From Nemertoderma westbladi (Eukaryota > Animalia > Xenacoelomorpha), in NCBI GenBank assembly GCA_032718475.1, contig JAUCBJ010007786.1, positions 1-57,311 on the forward strand: 57,311 nucleotides of DNA, read 5' to 3'. The position numbers and the translations under genes were made by a program. Below are positions 47,906 to 57,311 of the stretch, in pieces (the first letter of the stretch is position 1; each line of letters opens with the position of its first letter). The notes under the pieces are model-generated. The model did not search any database. It was not told the DNA's origin and was given only the letters and a program-made list of their open reading frames with translations.

Positions 47906-48243
47906 CACTAGTGTGTTATAGCTACACCCCCCCCCCCCCCCCAAATTTTTATTACTAGCTAGTTTTTGCTATTTCTTTTTTTTGAAATACATTTTTAAAA
48001 AAATAATAAAATGTTCTAGAACAAATATTTTTTGTTCTAGAACAATATTTAAAAAAATTATAAAAATTAATGTACTATTTTTCTTTTTTAATAATGTTCT
48101 AGAAAATGTTAGCTATTCAGAACTAGAAAAAAAAAGTTCTAGATCAAATAGTTTTTGTTCTAGAACAGTTCAAAAAAAATGAAATTTTTTTTTAATTTTA
48201 TTTAGAATTTGTTTCATATAATTTTTAATCGTTGCTGGCAAGA

Positions 48244-48275
<32 letters not shown>

Positions 48276-48770
48276 TTAGCTAGTATTTTTTTAATAGCTA
48301 ATTAAAATTAAAAATTCACTGTATTGAGGTCATTATATTCAGAAATTAATGATAGTTACAGGATAAATTAATGATTAATGCTTAGAATACATACTGTGTA
48401 ATATTTATTATTTAGCAGACGTCGCGCAGCGGGTAATATTTTCTAATCAAATGCAATAGATCAGAAAATGGATTTTCTTTGTGTAACATCTTCCACCTAA
48501 ACTCTGCTAGCTGTTGGGCGAAAGTTGACCTCTTGATACCTATGTTTCGCCTTAGAATGTGGAGTTTGGCGTGGCGGCACTAGTGCAACAAAAAATAAAA
48601 TTTGTATGATTTTTTAATTTTTTGTTCTAGAACAAAAAATATTTGTTCTAGAACATTTTATTATTTTTTTTCAAATGTATTTCATGTTCTAGAACATTTC
48701 AAAAAAAAGAAATAGCAAAAACTAGCTAGTAATAAAAATTTTGAGGGGGGTGTAGCTATAACACACTAGT
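47906..48770. mobile_element. Related foldback/MITE with a CACTA-like terminus
   Basis: ACTAGTGTGTTATAGCTACACCCC / GGGGTGTAGCTATAACACACTAGT. Confidence 0.7.
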
Positions 48771-49963
48771 ACCGGCGAAGTAGTACCCCAAGTACTGTAC
48801 AATGTGGACATCTTCAATCAGACCAAAAATACATCATTTGGGGTGTCTAGTTAGTCCCTGCTTCGAGGACATTGCTTACGCTGTGAGGAGCTTTGGCGCC
48901 TCATGGGGTGTATAAGCATGACCATTACTTTCTAATTGAGACGCGTCTTAAGGAATATTTGCCTTGAAGAAAGATGCGACAATCTGTTAAAAATCATTTG
49001 GTGATAGGGGGACTTGTGAATAATTGTGGAGCAATTTTATCGATTATCCAAAAAGTTCTAGATCAAATAGTTTTTGTTCTAGAACAGTTCAAAAAAAATG
49101 AAATTTTTTTTTAATTTTATTTAGAATTTGTTTCATATAATTTTTAATCGTTGCTGGCAAGATGGGTTTTTTTTTGGGGGGGGGGGGGGGGGGGTTAGCT
49201 AGTATTTTTTTAATAGCTAATTAAAATTAAAAATTCACTGTATTGAGGTCATTATATTCAGAAATTAATGATAGTTACAGGATAAATTAATGATTAATGC
49301 TTAGAATACATACTGTGTAATATTTATTATTTAGCAGACGTCGCGCAGCGGGTAATATTTTCTAATCAAATGCAATAGATCAGAAAATGGATTTTCTTTG
49401 TGTAACATCTTCCACCTAAACTCTGCTAGCTGTTGGGCGAAAGTTGACCTCTTGATACCTATGTTTCGCCTTAGAATGTGGAGTTTGGCGTGGCGGCACT
49501 AGTGCAACAAAAAATAAAATTTGTATGATTTTTTAATTTTTTGTTCTAGAACAAAAAATATTTGTTCTAGAACATTTTATTATTTTTTTTCAAATGTATT
49601 TCATGTTCTAGAACATTTCAAAAAAAAGAAATAGCAAAAACTAGCTAGTAATAAAAATTTTGAGGGGGGTGTAGCTATAACACACTAGTACCGGCGAAGT
49701 AGTACCCCAAGTACTGTACAATGTGGACATCTTCAATCAGACCAAAAATACATCATTTGGGGTGTCTAGTTAGTCCCTGCTTCGAGGACATTGCTTACGC
49801 TGTGAGGAGCTTTGGCGCCTCATGGGGTGTATAAGCATGACCATTACTTTCTAATTGAGACGCGTCTTAAGGAATATTTGCCTTGAAGAAAGATGCGACA
49901 ATCTGTTAAAAATCATTTGGTGATAGGGGGACTTGTGAATAATTGTGGAGCAATTTTATCGAT
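48131..49963. repeat. Near-identical 919-bp tandem duplication
   Basis: Constant 919 offset (48136/49055, 48421/49340, 48781/49700). Includes a decayed RTE 3' end. Confidence 0.92.
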
Positions 49964-50362
49964 AAGCCAGAACAGCACTCTTATAATGCAGCTGCCATGC
50001 CGCATGCCGATTATAGATATAGAGATAGGTGCAGATAAAAAAAGTAACCCTTAAAAAAATTATTGGGTAAATAGTTGATCTAAACTAATAGGCCTACCAT
50101 AGTTACAGCTTAATATGCCTTACATTGTCTTACTGTGTTAGATACTAGGTAGGGCTAATATTAGCCTATACTGTATACTGTTTAGAACTCTATAAAGTTA
50201 AACACAATGTAACAATAATATAATTTCAATTAATACGAGACAAACCAAGAACGTAAACAGTTGCAAAGGTTAAAATGAAAGGAAATAATTAGTGTTTATT
50301 AAGCAAAGATATCATCATATCGTATAACAACATACAGTACAGCAGTGGTGCTTTTGGTAAAA

Positions 50363-50578
50363 ATGGCTAATATGCAACCTACTGAATCAATGTGTTCGAA
50401 CCTTAATGACATGGAACTCAAAGATTGCCACATATCGGAGTATAATTCACAAAACGGCGATCATCACCAAGAACTGGAACAACGTCATGACACTCTGAAA
50501 CCACTACCTCGTCCTAGTACACCTAGTCGGTTTCAGTCTCCACGTACAAGAAGTGGCAGAAAGTCAAGCTTTAGGGGG
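50363..50578 (+). CDS. Possible first coding exon of the SLC4 gene
   Basis: AAAATGG start, hydrophilic open frame, gttggt donor; the link to downstream exons is not resolved. Confidence 0.4.
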
Positions 50579-51660
50579 GTTGGTATTCATTCTTTAATAC
50601 AGTCTCAGGCTATTATATCACAAGTATTCAATTTACAATTGGTTTAATACAGTACATAATTAATATAAAAATATTGTGGATTTTTAACAGAATCAAAGTT
50701 ACACCTTCTCCAGGGAAAATCGACACAAATAACCGCAGGACAGTAACCTGTGATGCGATGGATACCATCTGGCTGACCTTTCCCGTAACCTGAAAACCAT
50801 AACACACATACCTTAAAAATGTATAATTATTTAGCAATGTTGTTTAATCACCTCAGTAGATTGTATTTTAGGTCTTCGGAATGTAATCTAGATTTGATTA
50901 CAGCTAAAAATGATTGTTGTATTGAGGGAGATGGTGTATATTCTTAACATTGTTCATTAACTATTTATTTAATGCTTTAATTGTTGTTTGTTTTGCATAA
51001 TATTTTCATTTAATTTTTTGCTAGAGTTCCACCCGTGCCAGTATTTTCATTTTACAACAAAAGTATATAGTTTACTTTATTAGCCATTAATTTTTAATCT
51101 TTGTGTAAAGTGATGTAGTAAAGATGGAGATAATAAAATAAATATACGCAACCTACCCTGTTGATTAAACCATATACTGTTTACATACTGTATGTATGGA
51201 AATGTTTAATGCAATATTATTGAATATAGAGCATTTAATTAAAATTCTATAAATAAATGTAAAATAAATTGAAGGAAATTGAAATCACATCATTGAATTA
51301 ATCAAAAATAAATAAAATAAAAATTTTCCACTTTTTAAAAATGTTCTAGAACAGAACAAAATATACAGTAACTCTAGATCATAACATAATTATAATAATG
51401 AAATGTTCTAGAACACTTTACACAAACACTAAAAGGAAACAGCTAACAAACTTGTACATTTTGGTATAAAATTAAAATGGGGGGACGGGCGGAATAATAT
51501 TTACTTTCTTAATGTCCTCCTATATTTAGCGCAACTTTCTAAGAAAAAATGTTATGTTCTAAAACATTAGCTAATCAGCTAGCTATTATTAAAAAAAATA
51601 TTGTTTGAGTCTTTGACTTCGGATTTTCTGTGATGTCTCATTGATCAATGTTGAACATTA

Positions 51661-52810
51661 ATACTACTAGGTCGAGCGAACTCGGACAGTGGAAATGAGA
51701 TCCTTCCAGATCCAGACTTCCCGATTCTCCATAGTTGTAGCAATTTCGTTTCTTTCAAGTTCAGTATCCCTTTCAAGTTGATCTATATATGTTATGGCCA
51801 GTCGTCCACGACTACGCTTTCCATGTGTTGGTTGCCAGAAAAGTAGATCTGGTATGACCTCGTCTTTACTTCGCCAGCAGTGCCCACTGAATCTTAATCT
51901 GCGTTCACGGAGGGTGGTTGGTACAGGTGGTATTGTACCATAAAGCTCGGCGTTTGTCATGTGTTGTCTCCAGCTGATGTTTAGGGCTGCCCTTAGTAGT
52001 CTTGTGTAGCAACCATCAATTCGTTGTTCAAGTGATTTCGTCAGTGTCAAGGTCTCACCCTCGTATAAAAATACACTTTCCATTGTGGCTCGAAAGAACT
52101 TAGTCTTCAGGTGCCTGGAGAGATCTGATTTCCAGATGGTATCCATTTTTGATAGAGCTACCCAAGCCTTTGCTTTCCTAACTTCTATGTCCTTTTTGCT
52201 ACTCTCTATCCATGATCCAAGGTACTGGAAGTCGTCAACCTTCCTTAGTTGATTATTATAAATTGTTGTCAAGTTTCCATCAACATTAAAGGTCATGAAT
52301 TCGGTCTTGGTAGCATTTATATGCAATCCAACCTCCTTAGCAGCCCTCTCCACTTTATTTAGTAGAAGCTGTGCATCTGCTAGCGTATTAGAGAGCAGGG
52401 CGATGTCATCCGCAAAGTCGGTGTCTGTGACTGTAGTTGCCGGATATCTACTACTTCTGCGTTCTTGTAGTGTGAATCCCAGATCTTCACCCTTTGTGGC
52501 CGTCCTCATTGCGCAATCCAGCACAATTACAAATAGTAATGGCGCTAATGTGTCACCTTGCTGTACGCCAGACAGGTTTGAGAAAAACTTAGTTTCACCA
52601 TCTGGTGAGAGTACCTGTGCTTCTGTGTCACAATATAATAATCCAATTCCAGCCACAATTACCTCTGGTATTCCATTAGCTCTTAGGATTTCCAGCATTT
52701 TACCTCTATGGATGGAGTCGAATGCCTTCTTGAAGTCCACAAAAGTCATGACTGCGGGGAGATTCTTTGACTTAATTCCTTCAATCAGTCTCCGTAGTGC
52801 AAGTATCTGA
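51661..52810 (-). mobile_element. 5'-truncated RTE-clade LINE with open RT frame 51667-52749
   Basis: FVDFKKAFDS, GVQQGDTLAP, DFADD, YLGS; (TAG)n tail at the stop. Confidence 0.92.
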
Positions 52811-53761
52811 GCTATTGCTGTATTAGTGACTAATTGTCACTAATATACTACTAACTTCCCTATTAGGCTAGATATTGTTAATCCGCCGAGATAAGGTATT
52901 ATTCTCCGAGGCTATCAAATGTGTTACTGGATTATCCCTATATGCACTTTGTCACCCCAGAAACCAATATATCACAATATTAGCCATCAGCCGTATAACG
53001 GCAGTAATTATCACCCTCCAATGAAGGGGACTGCTACCCAGCAAAGTCAAGGCATTCCAAAAACCCAGCAACAAAAATAATGAATTTGGCTCCAAAAATT
53101 CTGAACCATGACCAAATTTATGACAAATATACTTTATATATTTTATCACAAATATAATACGGTGCGGATTCCATACACAAAAACACTCCAAAATAGCTTT
53201 ATTTTATGTCGTCGGTGGTATAGCATGAACAATCGCTAGTTTGGTGCTAGGCCTATAAATTATAATGTAGGCCTATGCCTATTATTTGTGGTACCGGTAG
53301 GGGCCTAGATTAATTTTGGTGATAGATTCAGCATTTTGGTGATTTAGTCAATATTATTGTACTGGTATTTTATTTTAGTGATGATTTAGTATCTTTAGTG
53401 AAGGATTCAATATTTTTGGTAATAAATTTATTATTTGGCGTAAAACTATTAAGTTTACTCCCCTAGTGAAAAATTTAATATATTTTGTTATTTTTTTCAA
53501 TAAATTTGGTGTTTTTTTTAATGAATAAATTCGATACATATGCACTACTGTATTATTGGTGATTTTCTCGTTATTATTTGGTCTTTAAATACAAACTATA
53601 TACAAAATTAAACACAGTCAATTAACAGCCAAATGTGAACTAAGTTAAATTCTATGCGGTTGAAAAGTGTTCCGGTACCACAACCCAGAACCGGTACCGG
53701 TTCCGGTACCAAAACCTCGGTTTCTATCAATCGTTTTATATTTCATAATTTTTCTTTCCAG

Positions 53762-53880
53762 ATATCAGAAGAAGAAGAGCACAAGAAACTCTTATTCTGT
53801 GAGATGCAGGAGTATATATGTAATGAACATCGGGAAAACAATGAGAAAACAGCGAGAAAAGAATGGGGGCAAACAGCCAG
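53762..53880 (+). CDS. SLC4/band-3 anion exchanger exon (N-terminal cytoplasmic domain)
   Basis: LFCEMQE.....EWGQTAR|W resembles the SLC4 LF.EL.EL...EW.ETARW motif; tttccag acceptor and AG|GTGGGT donor. Confidence 0.7.
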
Positions 53881-54547
53881 GTGGGTGATAATAACGAGAA
53901 AACAATGGGTGCAAACAGCCAGGTGGGTGATAATAACGAGAAAACAATGGGTGCAAACAGCCAGGTGGGTGATAATAACGAGAAAACAATGGGTGTAAGC
54001 AGCCAGGTGGGTGATAATAACGAAAAAAACAATGGGTGCAAACAGCCAGGTGAGTGATAATAACGAGAAAACAATGGGTGCAAACAGCCAGGTGGGTGAT
54101 AATAACGAGAAAACAATGGGTGCAAATAGCCAGGTGGGTGATAATAACGAGAAAACAATGGGTGTAAGCAGCCAGGTGGGTGATAATAACGAGAAAACAA
54201 TGGGTGAAGCAGCCAGGTGGGTGATAATACGAGAAAACAATGGGGGCAAACAGCCAGGTGGGTGATAATAACGAGAAAACAATGGGTGTAAGCAGCCAGG
54301 TGGGTGATAATAACGAGAATACAATGGGTGCAAACAGCCAGGTGGGTGATAATAACGAGAAAACAATGGGTGCAAACAGCCAGGTGAGTGATAATAACGA
54401 GAATACAATGGGTGCAAACAGCCAGGTGAGTGATAATAACGAGAATACAATGGGTGCAAACAGCCAGGTGAGTGATAATAACGAGAATACAATGGGTGCA
54501 AACAGCCAGGTGGGTGATAATAACGAGAAAACAATGGGTGCAAACAG
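53857..54547 (+). repeat. 42-bp minisatellite made from the SLC4 exon-intron junction
   Basis: AAAACAATGGGTGCAAACAGCCAG|GT(G/A)GTGATAATAACGAG, about 16 copies. Confidence 0.92.
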
Positions 54548-55795
54548 TGTAAAAGCCTTTGCTGAATTGCCCCGTTATTTTTATTATCTTTTACATTAAA
54601 ATACTCTGTAGTTGATTTAATAAGTGTAAGAGACCGTATTATTGCTGTATCGGTGTTTTTAGAGGATCTAAGACCTATTTCCTCCGTATGTGTACTGTGA
54701 AAGGCATATTTTATGATTCTATGGCAATTCGTGACGCAAAGGGGTGATAGCTACTCTTGAACAGTAGTTACTATGACTACGGTTAACAGCTGACATTCAT
54801 ACGTGTTGATTTCCTTTGTTCTACGGCGTCTCTCAGTTCAGTCAGCCAATTAGAGCGTTTTTGTGGCTCCTCGTACAGAAAATTTCCGAGAAATGACGCA
54901 ATGCCTATGTGCAGTGTTTACATTCAGTCTTGAGCCAAAGAAAGAACGGCTTGGAAGTATTTTGTGCTTTACTGTTTTTTAGTCGTACACTAGTAGGTTT
55001 AATTATAAAGGGCATATATCCTTTAACTGACATATCGGCATACCTAACGACTACTGACTGATGATCATACATGCTGACTGCTGAAACATTGCAAACTCAT
55101 AGCAATCAGTGTTTTCATTGTTGTTTTATACTGCTATTTACCGTCAGTTCTTCATAATATGGTTGATGAATTATTATATTTGGAATAACGATAAACAACC
55201 CCGAAACCCAATATTCTTGATATACCGAAGGTAAGAGAGAAGGGTTACAGATAAACGATTGTGACTTATGTTAAAGTGGTTTGAAGTGAATCTAATGTTA
55301 TTTGATAGACCCTACATGAGTCAGCCTGTGTTCCTTTTATATGTGACTAAAATCAGTGAAGATTGGCAGATTAGTATGCAGTATTGTGCAGCATTGTGTA
55401 TGAGTGAGTCTGTTAAAGAAGCAATTCCTAAAGAATGCGCCATATATGTGAATTATAATTAAGCCATATCGTTGTGAGTAGTTTAAGTCATAACTCTGTT
55501 TATATAGATAAAGCGCCACGTCCTAAAGGAGCTGTTAATATTACCAAAGGTGAATAATATTGTCAGAGATTATATAATACTGTCAGTCGAATAATACATT
55601 AGGCTTACATAGCAATAAAAATTAAACCGTCGAACCCAATCTCCCGGGAATATCCAGCGGGTGAATGGTCGCGCACGGATTGGTTTCGACTAGTGTAGTA
55701 AATCAAATACTTGTCATAGACTAAAAGCAGATTTAATATCTAGAAGACATCTTAATTTGGTGGGTTAAACTGCCAAAGGTCTGAAAGCGCGAACA
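54548..55795 (+). repeat. 5' LTR of the second element (1248 bp)
   Basis: TGTAAAAGC...GCGAACA; first ~580 bp diverged, remainder highly similar to LTR1. Confidence 0.9.
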
Positions 55796-55807
55796 TTAAA
55801 GGATATA
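55796..55807 (+). promoter_or_regulatory. Non-tRNA PBS (TTAAAGGATATA), complementary to 55015-55026 of its own LTR
   Basis: Exact 12-nt reverse complement TATATCCTTTAA. Confidence 0.78.
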
Positions 55808-57311
55808 GCTTCTTTATTGCAGTAAGCAATAAAGTCGAAAGTACCGGTCGACCGGTAACCAGTAGGCCTGACTGCCTGATCATCCGGACCGGTACCTACT
55901 TCCGTATAAGTACAGCAGTATTATTCGATTTTGATTGTTATATACCAGTAGGTCTTAATAATTAATCGGGGACGCCTGGTTTTTATTGAGATTTTACTTA
56001 TTTCTGTCAAGTTTTATTTGTTTGTAGGCCAGTATTGAACAGAAGGCGTGTAAACCTGATCAGATTGTACAGACAATTTGTAGGCTGAGCTGTTGTCTGA
56101 TTGCTGTTAAGTCCGAACGAATTGCAGTGTGTGTAGAGCACTTGTCCGATTAAGTACGGTTAGGAAGTAGGGGCAGCAACGCTGTAAGGTAAACCCCCAA
56201 CTAAAGAATAAGTCGCACTACTGGGTTAGAGCGCATACTCCCTAATCATTTTGGAGTCTGCATGTCCTGTGGTTTATTTAGGCTTGAGAGTAGTCTGCCA
56301 TCGTTTAGTCTGTACTTTGTTTGTGTAGGTCTGTACGGGTAGCGTATAATTTTATTTAGATAATTTGTAGGCTGGATAGTTGTCTGGCTATTATTAAGTC
56401 TGAACGGATTGCCGCGTGTGTAGATCATCTGTCCGATTAAGTACGATTAGGCAGTAGGGGCAGCGAAGCTGTAAGGTAAACCCCCAACTAAAGAATAAGT
56501 CGCACTACTGGGTTAGAGCGCATACTCCCTAATCATTTCGGAGTCTGCATATACCGTAGTTTGTTTAGGCTTGATAGTAGTCTGTCAGTGTTCGGTCTGT
56601 ATTTTGTTTGAGTAGTTTGTACGCGTAGCGTAATATTTATTATTCAGAGTTTATGCGATTATTCGCAACATTCAAGTCCCCAAGTTTGTTCCTACAGTAA
56701 TTGTGTTTGTTATACATACCGTTATAGTTAAATTAACCTTGGTACTACACGGGCTGCTCGGCGTAGGTAAAGACTGGTGATTTTGTGCATCGGTCACTCC
56801 AGCAGATGCCGTGGTTCTTTTAGCTGTTCAAGTATATTTAACTACTGATTATTTGTTATACAAGTACTCGTACCTAATTTAGGGTTTAGTGTACCGTACT
56901 TTCCGAAGTAATTATTGTAGGCATTATATTTGTGTTGTAAAGTGGTTGATAGGCACATTCGATTAGCTCTATTAACTTCTAGGTAGGAACACTCCGTGAT
57001 ACATAACGTAGAACCTATAGCGATACGGCTATAGGTCGTCAGGCGGTGGTATTTTCCTATCTAGACAACGCAGTGTATTTACTACTACTTATTATTTCAA
57101 AACACCGTAGTACCCTGTCCGTGTAATAACCAGTTTTCTAACCCTTTGTTAGGCTGGTTTGTAGACTTCTTGTAAAATTACCCTAAAAATTCGTATTTGT
57201 GTTTTGTAAATTTTGTGTTTATTTAGAGATTGTAATCTCACCCGAATTGTACGTAATTTGTAGTATTAAGTAACTTAGGTAAAATTAGTAATATTTGTTT
57301 TAGTGTCTATA

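Larger units (their letters stand above)
54548..57311 (+). mobile_element. Second member of the same BEL/Pao family (5' LTR plus leader, cut off by the window end)
   Basis: Collinear with 1920-~4725; inserted in the 42-bp array. Confidence 0.92.

Noticed and set aside
50691-50784. Second SLC4 exon
   Set aside because: Good acceptor, but the frames matching the upstream donors contain stops.

Overview
AT-rich invertebrate (metazoan) genomic DNA, dense with repeats. The main feature is a 12.8-kb BEL/Pao-type LTR retrotransposon (1920-14757, near-identical 1.18-kb LTRs). It encodes Gag and protease but lacks RT, most of RNase H and integrase, and has an extra orphan ORF in the env position. A second, diverged family member starts at 54548 and runs off the window. 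Neither copy has a tRNA primer-binding site. Instead, the 11-12 nt right after each 5' LTR are the exact reverse complement of a site inside that same LTR, and the two copies differ by compensatory changes. This points to Tf1-like self-primed reverse transcription in a BEL/Pao lineage. The long 5' leader holds a duplicated G-U-rich RNA rod with covariation. Host genes are a multi-exon astacin-EGF-ShK2-LDLa4 metalloprotease (15494-34902) with an atypical catalytic domain, a WASP/N-WASP gene with an intronless CDS whose regulatory Tyr is replaced by Asp, the start of an SLC4 anion-exchanger gene, and an unidentified minus-strand ORF. Introns and intergenic DNA hold LINE fragments (RTE, RTEX-like, CR1/L2-like, CRE-like), tRNA-derived SINEs, Tc1/mariner, Harbinger-, Ginger- and foldback-type MITEs, and many minisatellites. 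Family assignments come from motif recognition by eye, not database searches.
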